From the NCBI GenBank assembly GCA_963848855.1, contig CAWKFL010000003.1, positions 338,912 to 402,911 on the forward strand: 64,000 bases of DNA. The letters run 5' to 3'. The position numbers and the translations under genes are program-made. The notes under the pieces are model-generated. The model did no database searches. It saw nothing but the letters and a program-made list of their open reading frames with translations, and was not told where the DNA came from. Source of the stretch: an uncultured Actinomycetota bacterium (GTDB lineage: Bacteria > Actinomycetota > Actinomycetes > Mycobacteriales > Mycobacteriaceae). This document shows, piece after piece, positions 12,070 through 21,615 of the stretch (positions are counted from its first letter, which is position 1; every line of letters starts with the position of its first letter).

Positions 12070-12480
12070 CTAGATCTTGCGCGCGCTCGCGGTGGCGCGG
12101 TCGAGTTCCCAGTACGCGCGCAGTGCGACGATCTTGCCGTCGTCGTTGACCCGGTAGGTGAACACACCCTCCGCGATGACCTCGTAGCCGGCGGCCCTGA
12201 TCACGATGTTGCCGACGTTGGCCTCCTCGTTACCGCACTGGTAGGTCTTTTCGAAGTTGAAGGTGAGTTCGCTAGGTGCGATCGCCATGTCGTAGAACTT
12301 CGCGATCGCCTCCTTGCCACGGTGGCCTTTGCCCTCCGGGTCGAAGTGTGACCGACCGATCGGGTCTTCGACGACGGCGTCGTCGGCGAAGTTGGCGAGC
12401 CATGCCTCCTTGTCGTGGGCAACGGCGGCTTCCCGAGAACTCTTGCCCGCAAGGTGGACCGGCGAGTCGGAAGCTGTCAT
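12070..12480 (-). CDS. SnoaL / NTF2-like (ketosteroid-isomerase-fold) protein
   Basis: The C-terminal 136 aa of the long track ORF ([42 protein letters not shown]...) form the gene. The ATG overlaps the upstream stop (ATGA at 12477-12480). Confidence 0.65.
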   Translation of the reverse strand: MTASDSPVHLAGKSSREAAVAHDKEAWLANFADDAVVEDPIGRSHFDPEGKGHRGKEAIAKFYDMAIAPSELTFNFEKTYQCGNEEANVGNIVIRAAGYEVIAEGVFTYRVNDDGKIVALRAYWELDRATASARKI

Positions 12481-13358
12481 TGCTGCCATCCAGAATGGAT
12501 GTAGGTGTCCGCGAAGCGTTTCAGCGAATCCTGTTTCGCCTGCAGCGGCGCGTCGAACCCGAGGCCGTCGAACATCCACGGCATCACGATGTTGTCGGTG
12601 ACACCGGCCTCGACGAGCTCGCGGTGGCCGTCGACGCCGAACTTGTCGATGCACACCACCTGAAATTCGAACGGGTCGTCGGCGCGGTCGGCCTCGGCGA
12701 GCATGGCCTGCAGCTTGCCGATGATCTCGGACGCCTCCAGGCACGTCAGCATCGCGCTCGACCACCCATCTCCGACCCGGACAGCGCGCCGCAGCGCGAC
12801 ATCGGTGTGACCGCCGACGTAGATCGGCACCGGCGCGCTCGGCGCGGGGCTCATCTGCAGCTTGTCGAAATCGTAGAACTCGCCGTGGAACTCGACCATG
12901 GCGCCGTCGAGCACGAGCTTGATCACATCGATCATCTCGTCCACCCGCTTGCCACGCTTGGCATACGGCTGGCCACACCATTCGAATTCCTCGGGCGCCC
13001 AGCCGATCCCGACGCCTAACCCGAATCGGTTGTTGGTCAGGTTTGCGACCGAGCCGACCTGGCGGGCCATCAGCAGGGGATTGCGCGAGCCGAGCTTCAT
13101 CACGTTGGTGTAGAACCGCAGCCTCGACGTCACCGCGCCCATGGCGGCCGCGGCGATCAGCGGATCGACCCACGGCGTGTTCTCGTCCCAGAACCGCGAT
13201 CCGTCGGCGGTGTACGGGTAATCCGCAGACTGTGTCTCCATGTAGAAGATCGAGTCGGGCAGCGCGATCGAATCGAATCCGACCTCCTCGGCCGTCTTCG
13301 CCAGCTCGACGAGTTGGTCGATCTGGCACATCGGCACTGCGCAGGTGTATTTCATCAT
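12477..13358 (-). CDS. LLM-class (luciferase-like), probably F420-dependent oxidoreductase
   Basis: 293-aa core starting MMKYTCAVPMCQIDQLVELAKTAEEVGFDSIALPDS... with typical LLM segments. The longer track ORF upstream is Arg/Pro-rich shadow sequence. Confidence 0.7.
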   Translation of the reverse strand: MMKYTCAVPMCQIDQLVELAKTAEEVGFDSIALPDSIFYMETQSADYPYTADGSRFWDENTPWVDPLIAAAAMGAVTSRLRFYTNVMKLGSRNPLLMARQVGSVANLTNNRFGLGVGIGWAPEEFEWCGQPYAKRGKRVDEMIDVIKLVLDGAMVEFHGEFYDFDKLQMSPAPSAPVPIYVGGHTDVALRRAVRVGDGWSSAMLTCLEASEIIGKLQAMLAEADRADDPFEFQVVCIDKFGVDGHRELVEAGVTDNIVMPWMFDGLGFDAPLQAKQDSLKRFADTYIHSGWQQ

Positions 13359-13366
13359 CGGCAGCG

Positions 13367-14536
13367 TCACGGCTTGTCGGCCCCTACCACCCACATCGAG
13401 TAATACTGCGAGCCGCCGCCGTAGGCGTGGCCGAGGGCCTTGCGCGCACCCTCCACTTGGTGGTCGCCCGCCTTGCCCATCACCTGAATGGCCGCCTCCG
13501 CGAACCGGATCAGGCCCGAGGCACCGATCGGGTTGGAGGACAGCACGCCGCCGGAGGCGTTCAGCGGAATACGCCCGCCGATCGCGGTTTCGCCCGCCTC
13601 GGTGAGCTTCCAGCCCTCGCCTTCGGGTGCGAAGCCGAGGTTCTCCAGCCACATCGGTTCGAACCAGGAGAACGGCACATAGATCTCGGCGGCGTCGATC
13701 TCGTCGATCGGGCTGGTGATGCCTGCGGCCTTCCACAGCGCCTTCGCGGCGTCACGGCCCGCCTGCGGGCTCACCTGATCACGGCCCGCGAACGCGAGCG
13801 GCTCGGTACGTAGCGCGGTCGCGTGGATCCAAGCGACGGGATTACCCCCGGCCACCCGCTTGTCGGCGATCTCTTCGTTTCCGATCACGACCGCGCATGC
13901 GCCGTCGGACGATGGGCAGGTCTCGTCGAACCGGATTGGGTCCCACAGCATCTGCGAAGACATCACTTTCTCCAGCGTGATGTCCGGCTGGTGCAGGTGG
14001 GCCAATGGATTCTTGGCGCCATTGAGCCGGTCTTTGACAGCGACCATGGCGCCGATGTGCTTCGGCGCTCCAGACCGGCGGATGTAGGCGCGTACGTGCG
14101 GCGCGAAGTAGCCGCCCGCACCGGCACCGACGGGCTTGGTGAACGGCACCGGAATGCTCAACGCCCACATGGCATTCGATTCGGATTGCTTTTCCCACGC
14201 CATCGCCAGCACGCGCCTGTACTTGCCTGACTGCACCAGGCTGGCGGCCACCACACCGGTCGAGCCACCGACGGAGCCCGCGGTGTGCACGCGGATCAAT
14301 GGCTTGCCGGTCGCCCCGACGGCGTCGGCCATGAACAGCTCGGGCATCATGACGCCCTCGAAGAAGTCGGGCGCCTTGCCGACGACGACGGCGTCGATGT
14401 CGTCGAATGTCGACCCGGAGTCGGCCAGCGCCTTGTCGATGGCCTCGCGCACCAGGCCGTTCATTGAGACATCCTGGCGCTTGGCGACATACTTCGTTTG
14501 CCCGGTGCCCAGCACCGCAGCAAGCCGACCGGCCAT
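13367..14536 (-). CDS. ltp3: thiolase-fold lipid-transfer protein (SCP-x type), Ltp3-like
   Basis: 389 aa from MAGRLAAVLGTGQTKYV.... The start overlaps the ltp4 stop (ATGA at 14533-14536... 14538). Position and order match Rv3523. Confidence 0.8.
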   Translation of the reverse strand: MAGRLAAVLGTGQTKYVAKRQDVSMNGLVREAIDKALADSGSTFDDIDAVVVGKAPDFFEGVMMPELFMADAVGATGKPLIRVHTAGSVGGSTGVVAASLVQSGKYRRVLAMAWEKQSESNAMWALSIPVPFTKPVGAGAGGYFAPHVRAYIRRSGAPKHIGAMVAVKDRLNGAKNPLAHLHQPDITLEKVMSSQMLWDPIRFDETCPSSDGACAVVIGNEEIADKRVAGGNPVAWIHATALRTEPLAFAGRDQVSPQAGRDAAKALWKAAGITSPIDEIDAAEIYVPFSWFEPMWLENLGFAPEGEGWKLTEAGETAIGGRIPLNASGGVLSSNPIGASGLIRFAEAAIQVMGKAGDHQVEGARKALGHAYGGGSQYYSMWVVGADKP

Positions 14537-15600
14537 CAGTTCTTCCCTTCCAGGACCGCCACCAGATTCTGCTGCAGCACCGGGCCGCTGGTCGCGTGCG
14601 CCAGCACCCGACCGGCCGAACCGTCGAAAATATGTTGTGCGACAAGGCCGATTCGCTCTAGCCCCGCCGAGAACATCGGGTTGGCCGCCAGGGGACCGCC
14701 CGACGGGTTCACCTTTGTCGACGCTGGAAGGCCGATCGCCTCGGTCAGTATCAGGTGCTGGTGGGTGAATGGCGCGTAGATCTCGGCGACCTCGATCGAG
14801 CCGGTATCGCCCCCCGTCGCTGCCTTGGCCGACGCTTCCGTCGACGGCGACGTGGTCAGGTCTCGGGCGCCCAGAACGGGAGTTTCGATGCGGTGCTCGA
14901 TGCCGGTGATCCACGCGGGGTTCTCCCGCAGCTCGCGCGCCCTGTCGCCCGCGGCCAGCACGATCGCCGAGGCGCCGTCGGTGATCGGCGCGATGTCGTG
15001 GCGCCGCAACGGATTTGCGAAATATGGCCGGGACAGCAGTTCATCGATGCTCTTGGCGGGCTTTTCGCTGTCGGTGCGCTCGGCGACCGCGAACGAATCC
15101 AACGCCACCTGTGCCATCTGCTCGACCGTCCACTTACCCGCGTCGAGGCCGAACCGCGCCTGCAGGCCGGCCATCGACACCGAATCGGGCCACAGCGGTG
15201 CGACTGTGTAGGGGTCGGTCTGCAGCGCGAGCACGCGCCGCAGCGTGCCCGCCGACGACTTGCCGAAGCCGTACACCAGCGCGGTGTCGACCTGTCCGGT
15301 CAGGATCTTGATGTAGGCCTCGTACAGAGCCCATGCGGCATCCATCTCGACGTGGGACTCGTTGATCGGTGGCACGGCGCCGATCGAGTCGATGGCCGAG
15401 ATGAACGAAAAGGCACGGCCGGCAAGGTAATCCGATGACCCGGAACACCAGAAGCCGATGTCTCCCTGGGAGATGCCGAGCTCGTCGTACAGCTGGTGGA
15501 AGCACGGCATCAGCATCTCGACGCCGTTGGTGGTGCCGTCGGTGCGGCGCACATGCGGGGCATGGGCGAAGCCGACAACGGCTACGTCGCGAAAAGTCAT
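14536..15600 (-). CDS. ltp4: thiolase-fold lipid-transfer protein, Ltp4-like
   Basis: 354 aa from MTFRDVAVVGFAHAPH.... Synteny with Rv3522. Confidence 0.8.
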   Translation of the reverse strand: MTFRDVAVVGFAHAPHVRRTDGTTNGVEMLMPCFHQLYDELGISQGDIGFWCSGSSDYLAGRAFSFISAIDSIGAVPPINESHVEMDAAWALYEAYIKILTGQVDTALVYGFGKSSAGTLRRVLALQTDPYTVAPLWPDSVSMAGLQARFGLDAGKWTVEQMAQVALDSFAVAERTDSEKPAKSIDELLSRPYFANPLRRHDIAPITDGASAIVLAAGDRARELRENPAWITGIEHRIETPVLGARDLTTSPSTEASAKAATGGDTGSIEVAEIYAPFTHQHLILTEAIGLPASTKVNPSGGPLAANPMFSAGLERIGLVAQHIFDGSAGRVLAHATSGPVLQQNLVAVLEGKN

Positions 15601-15616
15601 CAGGCGGATCCCTTTT

Positions 15617-16609
15617 CTACAGGTGGTGCTTGTAGGTGTCGTAGTCGGCGTCGGGTTCGCCGGTCGGCTTGAAGTATTCGATGTTGTCGATGCCGAGACT
15701 CCATTCCTCGCGGGGCTTCCACACCGCCTCCACACGCATACCCATGCGCACCTCGGAGGCGTCGATCTCCTGAATCAGGTGCAGGAATGGGATATCCGCG
15801 CCGTCGAGCAACACGTAGGCCGCAACGTAAGGCGGTTTGATGCGCTGGCCCGCGAACGGAATGTTGATGATCGCGAATGTCGTCACGGTGCCCTTGTCGG
15901 GCAGCTCGAGGAAGTTGTCCAATTCGAGGCCGGTGGCCGGATCGGCTTCCTTCGGGGGGAAGTACACCTTTCCGTCCTCGCCGGTGCGGGCGCCAAGCAG
16001 CCTGCCCTCTTCGAGCCCGCGCAGGAACGCGCTCTCTGGAAGCGAGGCGGTGTGCTGGATTTCGATACTGCTCGGCGTGACCTGAACCGTCACCGGATCG
16101 CGGTCGTCGGACTGCTCGGCCGCCGACTCCTCCTGATCGCCGAGCGCGAAGTATGCGATATCGGTGATCGCACCAATGGGTTCGTCGACCCAATGCGCGT
16201 GCACCCGCGCGCCAGTGGTGATCGTGTCCGAGGACTCCGCCTCGACGGCGTGCAACAGCGCGGTGTCCGCGCCGTCGAGTTTGATCAGCGCCCACGCGAA
16301 CGGTTTGTCCAGCGGTTGACCCGCGAGCGGCTCGGCCTGCCAGGTCCACGACAGCACCGTTCCGACGCTGGCCACCGGTACGATCTCGGTCAATCGCTGG
16401 TAGGTCACGGGATCGAATTCGGCGGGCGGCACGAGCACCCTCCCATCCGAGCCTTGGACGCCGATGATGCGTCGCCCGCGCAGGGCGGTGAAGAACTGGC
16501 TAAGGATGGGTCCCACTGAACGGGTGTAGTCGAATGACAGCTTCAGCGGCGCCGAAAGAGGCGGCTGATGCGCGTCGATCTGCACCGGGCTGCTTTGGCT
16601 GGCGGTCAC
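15617..16609 (-). CDS. tandem DUF35 (Zn-ribbon/OB-fold) protein, Rv3521-like partner of Ltp3/Ltp4
   Basis: The track ORF 15617..16687 runs through the KstR box. I prefer the GTG at 16609 (VTASQSSPVQ...), 10 nt from the operator. Two OB-fold-like halves are visible. The start is uncertain. Confidence 0.65.
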   Translation of the reverse strand: MTASQSSPVQIDAHQPPLSAPLKLSFDYTRSVGPILSQFFTALRGRRIIGVQGSDGRVLVPPAEFDPVTYQRLTEIVPVASVGTVLSWTWQAEPLAGQPLDKPFAWALIKLDGADTALLHAVEAESSDTITTGARVHAHWVDEPIGAITDIAYFALGDQEESAAEQSDDRDPVTVQVTPSSIEIQHTASLPESAFLRGLEEGRLLGARTGEDGKVYFPPKEADPATGLELDNFLELPDKGTVTTFAIINIPFAGQRIKPPYVAAYVLLDGADIPFLHLIQEIDASEVRMGMRVEAVWKPREEWSLGIDNIEYFKPTGEPDADYDTYKHHL

Positions 16610-16618
16610 AGCATCGAG

Positions 16619-16632
16619 TAGAACAGGTTCTA
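16619..16632. promoter_or_regulatory. KstR-type operator TAGAACAGGTTCTA in a divergent promoter region
   Basis: Matches the published KstR consensus TnnAACnnGTTnnA. It lies between the DUF35-ltp4-ltp3 operon and the LLM gene. Confidence 0.75.
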
Positions 16633-16703
16633 AGTGTGGTTTCAAGCGACCGCGAGAAGGATTAGGAAGGCGAGCTAATGAACGCAAAGGCGGGGTGGTG
16701 GGA

Positions 16704-17735
16704 ATGCGGCTAGGTCTTCAGCTGGGTTATTGGGGCGCGCAGCCGCCGGAGAACCATGCGGAACTGGTCGCTGCCGCCGAGGACGCCGGCTTCGACACCG
16801 TATTCACGGCCGAGGCGTGGGGATCGGACGCGTTCACTCCGCTGGCCTGGTGGGGGGCGTCAACCAGCCGGTTGCGGCTGGGAACCTCGGTGGTCCAGTT
16901 GTCGGCGCGGACTCCTACCGCGTGCGCGATGGCGTCGCTGACCCTCGACCACCTCTCCGGCGGTCGCCACATCCTGGGCTTGGGGGTGTCGGGCCCGCAG
17001 GTCGTCGAGGGCTGGTACGGCCAGAAGTTTCCCAAGCCGCTGGCGCGCACCAGGGAGTACGTCGACATCATCCGGCAGGTGTGGGCCCGCAAGGCGCCGG
17101 TGACCAGCGACGGCCCGCACTACCCGCTGCCACTGAGCAGTGAAGGCACCACGGGGCTGGGCAAGGCGCTCAAGCCGATCACCCACCCGCTGCGCGCGGA
17201 TATCCCGATCATGCTCGGCGCCGAAGGGCCCAAGAACGTGGCGCTCGCCGCCGAGATCTGCGACGGCTGGCTGCCGATCTTCTACACCCCGCGGATGGCC
17301 GACACCTACAACGAATGGCTCGAGGAGGGGTTTGCGCGGCCTGGCGCCCGGCGCAGCCGCGACGACTTCGAGATCTGCGCGACGGCCAACATCGTGATCA
17401 CCGACGACCGCAGCGCCGCGTTCACGGCGATGAAGCCGTATCTCGCGCTCTACATGGGCGGCATGGGCGCCGAGGACACCAACTTCCACGCCGACGTGTA
17501 CCGCCGGATGGGCTACGCCGAGGTGGTCGACGACGTGACGAAGCTGTTCCGCAGCGACCGCAAGGACGAGGCGGCGACGATCATTCCCGACGAACTGGTC
17601 GACGACGCCGCGATCGTCGGCGACCTCGATCACGTCCGTGAGCAGATCAAGGTGTGGGAGGCCGCGGGCGTCACGATGATGGTCGTCTCGGGCCGCAACG
17701 CGGCGCAGATCCGCGAACTCGCAACCCTTGTGTAG
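16704..17735 (+). CDS. LLM-class F420-dependent oxidoreductase, Rv3520c-like
   Basis: MRLGLQLGYWGAQPPENHAELVAAAEDAGFDTVFTAEAWGSDAFTPLAWW.... The track start at 16695 (GTG) is an alternative. Confidence 0.8.
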   Translation: MRLGLQLGYWGAQPPENHAELVAAAEDAGFDTVFTAEAWGSDAFTPLAWWGASTSRLRLGTSVVQLSARTPTACAMASLTLDHLSGGRHILGLGVSGPQVVEGWYGQKFPKPLARTREYVDIIRQVWARKAPVTSDGPHYPLPLSSEGTTGLGKALKPITHPLRADIPIMLGAEGPKNVALAAEICDGWLPIFYTPRMADTYNEWLEEGFARPGARRSRDDFEICATANIVITDDRSAAFTAMKPYLALYMGGMGAEDTNFHADVYRRMGYAEVVDDVTKLFRSDRKDEAATIIPDELVDDAAIVGDLDHVREQIKVWEAAGVTMMVVSGRNAAQIRELATLV

Positions 17736-17754
17736 ACACTTCTTGCGAGTTGTC

Positions 17755-17768
17755 TAGAACACGTTCTA
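17755..17768. promoter_or_regulatory. KstR-type operator TAGAACACGTTCTA
   Basis: Perfect consensus match within the longer palindrome tctagaacacgttctaga, 11 nt upstream of the 17779 start. Confidence 0.75.
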
Positions 17769-17778
17769 GATTGACTCG

Positions 17779-18483
17779 ATGACTGCTTCGCAGCACACCA
17801 TCGCAGGCACGGTCCTGACGATGCCGGTGAAGATCCGCAAGGCGACTCAGCACACCGCTATGTTCGCCGTCGACGCCGACGCCGCCCAGCGGATAATCGA
17901 CTACAGCGGGCTTGCGGTCTACCGCCCGCTGGCCGGTCGCGCGATCGTGACGCTGATCCTGACGCATTTCGTCGATGGCGACCTGGGACCGTACTACGAA
18001 TACAGCACCTGTGTGATGGTCAAGCCTGAAGCGTCGGACGTCTCCGGGCTGCAGTCGGCATTCGCCGCGCACATGTTCGTCGACCAAGCTTTCACCTTGG
18101 AGGCGGGACGAACCGTCTGGGGCTTCCCGAAAGTAATGGCCGACTTCACTATTCGCGACGGTAGTCAGTTCGGGTTCGACGCCAGCATCGACGGCCGACT
18201 GGTGATCGGCATGGAATTCCGTCAAGGACTGCGACTTCCGTCGAAGCTCATGTCAGGCGAGCAGAAGCTGCGCGCGTACTCCTGCCTCGATGGCCTGACG
18301 CGTGAAAGTCCCTATGAGGTCTCATTCCATGGTGTGCGCTACCGGGCGGGCGGTGTGCGGCTATGGCTCGGCGACCACCCATACGCCAAAGAGCTTTCGG
18401 CACTGGGGTTGCCGAAGCGCGCACTGGTATCGAATTCCTCTGAGAACGTTGAGATGTCGTTCGGCGACGCACAGGAGATTTGA
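17779..18483 (+). CDS. Rv3519-like protein (acetoacetate-decarboxylase-like fold; assignment from memory)
   Basis: 234-aa ORF positioned between the Rv3520c-like gene and cyp142, as in M. tuberculosis. Confidence 0.6.
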   Translation: MTASQHTIAGTVLTMPVKIRKATQHTAMFAVDADAAQRIIDYSGLAVYRPLAGRAIVTLILTHFVDGDLGPYYEYSTCVMVKPEASDVSGLQSAFAAHMFVDQAFTLEAGRTVWGFPKVMADFTIRDGSQFGFDASIDGRLVIGMEFRQGLRLPSKLMSGEQKLRAYSCLDGLTRESPYEVSFHGVRYRAGGVRLWLGDHPYAKELSALGLPKRALVSNSSENVEMSFGDAQEI

Positions 18484-18485
18484 AG

Positions 18486-19706
18486 ATGACGGCAACGAAG
18501 CCCGATGTAGATCTAGCCGACGGCGCGTTCTACGCCGACCGTCCCTCCGCCCGCGCAGCCTACCGATGGATGCGGGCCAACGAGCCGGTCTACCGTGACC
18601 GCAACGGTCTGGCCGCGGCGACGACGTACGAGGCTGTGATCGACGCCGAGCGCAATCCCGAGCTGTTCTCGAACTCAGGCGGCATCCGCCCCGATCAAGA
18701 TGCGCTGCCGATGATGATCGACATGGACGATCCGGCACATCTGTTGCGGCGCAAGCTCGTCAATGCCGGCTTCACCCGAAAGCGGTTGAAGGTCCAAGAC
18801 GAGACCATCGGCGCTCTGTGCGACATTCTCATCGACGCGGTATGTGAGCGCGGCGAGTGTGATTTCGTCCGAGACATCGCTACGCCTCTGCCGATGGCCG
18901 TCATCGGCGACATGCTCGGTGTGCTCCCTGACGAGCGAGAGATGTTCCTGAAGTGGTCCGACGAAATGATGGTCGGACTCAGTTCCACGGTGTCCGAGGC
19001 TGACATGCAGGTCACGTTGGACGCCTTTGTGGCGTACAACGACTACACCCGCAGCAAGATCGAACAGCGTCGCGCCGGGCCGACCGAGGACCTGATCAGT
19101 GTCCTGGTGCACGCGGAGGTCGACGGTGAACGGCTGTCCGACGACGACATTCTGCAGGAGTCCCTGCTGATCCTCGTCGGCGGCGACGAGACGACGCGCC
19201 ACACGATCTCCGGTGGAACCGAACAGCTGATACGCCACCCCGACCAGTGGGATCTGCTGCAGAGAAATCCCGACCTGGTCCCCAGCGCGATCGAGGAGAT
19301 GCTGCGCTGGACGTCGCCGCTGAAGAACATGTGCCGCACGCTGACGGCAGACACCGAGTTTCAGGGCACGCAGCTCCATCGGGGCGAGAAGATGATGCTG
19401 ATGTTCGAGTCGGCGAACTTCGACGAAACCGTCTTCACCGACCCCGACAACTTCAACGTTCAGCGAGATCCGAACAGCCACTTAGCGTTCGGCTTCGGCA
19501 CCCACTTCTGTTTGGGCAACCAGCTGGCCCGGATCGAGCTCCTCAACATGACGCGCCGGGTCCTGCAGCGGATGCCCGATCTGCGGCTCGCCGAAGATGC
19601 CAACCTTCCCCTGCGTCCGGCAAACTTCGTCAGCGGCCTCGAGCGGATGCCGGTGACATTCACCCCGACCAAGCCGCTGCTCGCCGGCCAGTTCGCGAAG
19701 CTGTAG
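18486..19706 (+). CDS. cyp142: cytochrome P450, steroid C26-monooxygenase Cyp142-like
   Basis: Heme-binding FGFGTHFCLGNQLAR and EMLRW motifs are present. Synteny with Rv3518c. The TTG at 18480 is an alternative start. Confidence 0.85.
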   Translation: MTATKPDVDLADGAFYADRPSARAAYRWMRANEPVYRDRNGLAAATTYEAVIDAERNPELFSNSGGIRPDQDALPMMIDMDDPAHLLRRKLVNAGFTRKRLKVQDETIGALCDILIDAVCERGECDFVRDIATPLPMAVIGDMLGVLPDEREMFLKWSDEMMVGLSSTVSEADMQVTLDAFVAYNDYTRSKIEQRRAGPTEDLISVLVHAEVDGERLSDDDILQESLLILVGGDETTRHTISGGTEQLIRHPDQWDLLQRNPDLVPSAIEEMLRWTSPLKNMCRTLTADTEFQGTQLHRGEKMMLMFESANFDETVFTDPDNFNVQRDPNSHLAFGFGTHFCLGNQLARIELLNMTRRVLQRMPDLRLAEDANLPLRPANFVSGLERMPVTFTPTKPLLAGQFAKL

Positions 19707-19818
19707 TTATCGAGACCGTTACTCGGACTTCTGCACGGTAACTGCAGCTTCGTGAGCAGAGCCGACCAACGCGAGGTCCGTCACAGGTCGGGCCGGGGCC
19801 CGCCGCGTTGAATAAAAT

Positions 19819-21615
19819 GTGGCCATGGACGGCCTGCTGCAGATCGAGGACTGCCTCGACGCCGACGGCGGCATCGTCCTACCGCCCGGCGTCACGCTGA
19901 TATCGCTGATCGATCGCAACATCGCGAATGTCGGCGACGCGGTGGCCTACCGCTACCTCGACTTCACCCGCTCGGATGCGGGCCAACCCGTGGAGATCAC
20001 CTGGACCCAGCTCGGCGTCCGGCTCGAAGCCATCGGCGCGCGGCTTCAGCAGGTCACCTCACGGGGCGACCGGGTCGCGATCCTGGCGCCGCAGGGCCTT
20101 GACTACGTCGCCGGATACTTCGCCGCGGTGAAGGCGGGGACGATCGCGGTGCCATTGTTCGCACCAGAACTGCCCGGCCACGCCGAGCGCCTCGAAACGG
20201 CGCTCAACGACGCCAAGCCCGCCGTGGTGTTGACGACGAGGGCCGTCAAAGATGCGGTGGAGGCGTTCCTCGCCACGATTCCTGCCGCGCGCAGGCCACA
20301 CGTCATCGTCATCGACGACGTCCCCGACTCCGCGGCGGAGGCTTTCACGCCGGTCACGCTCGACGTCGCCGACGTTTCTCACCTTCAGTACACCTCGGGC
20401 GCGACGCGGGCCCCTGTCGGCGTTGAGGTCACCCACCGGGCAGTCGGCACCAACCTACTGCAGATGATCCTCTCGATCGACCTGCTGGACCGAAACACCC
20501 ACGGCGTCAGTTGGTTACCGCTCTACCACGATATGGGTCTTTCGATGATCGGCTTTCCTGCGGTGTACGGCGGCCACTCGACACTCATGGCCCCCACCGC
20601 GTTCATCCGCAGGCCGCAGCGGTGGATTCATGCGTTGTCGGCCGGATCCCGTGAGGGCCGCGTCGTCACCGCCGCGCCGAACTTCGCCTATGAGTGGACG
20701 GCTCAGCGCGGCCTGCCCGAGTCGGGCGATGGCGTGGACCTGAGCAACGTCGTGTTGATCATCGGGTCCGAACCCGTGAGCATCGACGCGATCCACGCTT
20801 TCGACAAAGCGTTCGCGCCCTTCGGTTTACCGCGTTCGGCGTTCAAGCCGTCGTATGGAATAGCCGAGGCGACGCTGTTCGTTTCTACCATCGAACCGAG
20901 CGCGGAGCCGACCGTCGCCTACTTCGACCGTGAACATTTGGCCGGCGGCCGGGCGGAGCGCACCGCCGCAGGCAACCCGAATGCCGTGGCGCACGTGTCG
21001 TGCGGTCAGATCGCGCGGAGTCAGTGGGCCGTGATTGTGGACCCCGACGCAGGCGCCGAGCTGCCCGACGGCCGCGTCGGGGAGATCTGGCTTCACGGCG
21101 ACAACATCTGCCGGGGCTACTGGGGCCGACCCGACGACAGCCGACGAGCGTTCGACGCCAGGCTGCAGAACCGACTGGCCGCGGCCAGTCATGCCGACGG
21201 TGTGCCGGTGACGGTTTCGTGGCTGCGCACCGGCGATCTTGGCGTGTATCTCGACGGCGAGCTCTATGTCACCGGCAGAACGGCGGACCTGGTGGTCGTC
21301 GACGGTGTGACCCACTATCCGCAGGACATCGAGGCCACCGCGGCGGAGGCGTCGCCGATGGTGCGGCGGGGTTACGTGGCCGCGTTCACCGTGGCCGACG
21401 GCGACGATCAGCGCCTGGTGATCGTCACCGAACGCGCACCGGGCACCGGGCGTGGCGATCCGCAGACCGCGATCGACGGTATTCGCCGGACGGTGATGCA
21501 GAAGCACGGGCTGACGGTGTCCGACGTTCGCTTCGTTCCTGCGGGCTCTATACCGCGCACCACCAGCGGCAAGCTGGCCCGGCGGGCGTGCCGCGCCCGG
21601 TACCTCGACGGTTAG
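19819..21615 (+). CDS. fatty-acyl-AMP ligase (FAAL-type FadD)
   Basis: 598 aa with LQYTSGATRAPVGVEVTH (A3-like), YGIAEATL, and GDLG...GELYVTGRTADLVVVDGVTHYPQDIE with the FAAL-type insertion region. No adjacent PKS or ACP gene. Confidence 0.75.
   Translation: MAMDGLLQIEDCLDADGGIVLPPGVTLISLIDRNIANVGDAVAYRYLDFTRSDAGQPVEITWTQLGVRLEAIGARLQQVTSRGDRVAILAPQGLDYVAGYFAAVKAGTIAVPLFAPELPGHAERLETALNDAKPAVVLTTRAVKDAVEAFLATIPAARRPHVIVIDDVPDSAAEAFTPVTLDVADVSHLQYTSGATRAPVGVEVTHRAVGTNLLQMILSIDLLDRNTHGVSWLPLYHDMGLSMIGFPAVYGGHSTLMAPTAFIRRPQRWIHALSAGSREGRVVTAAPNFAYEWTAQRGLPESGDGVDLSNVVLIIGSEPVSIDAIHAFDKAFAPFGLPRSAFKPSYGIAEATLFVSTIEPSAEPTVAYFDREHLAGGRAERTAAGNPNAVAHVSCGQIARSQWAVIVDPDAGAELPDGRVGEIWLHGDNICRGYWGRPDDSRRAFDARLQNRLAAASHADGVPVTVSWLRTGDLGVYLDGELYVTGRTADLVVVDGVTHYPQDIEATAAEASPMVRRGYVAAFTVADGDDQRLVIVTERAPGTGRGDPQTAIDGIRRTVMQKHGLTVSDVRFVPAGSIPRTTSGKLARRACRARYLDG

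Noticed and set aside
12480-13329. Long N-terminal extensions on many track ORFs. Examples: 12070..13329, 12477..13736, 13367..14914, 14536..15735, 29886..31637, 34986..37082, 37437..38183, 45193..46515, 62541..63584.
   Set aside because: The extensions overlap the upstream gene and are compositionally junk. Internal ATG/GTG codons give family-typical N-termini, usually with stop-start overlaps or an RBS.
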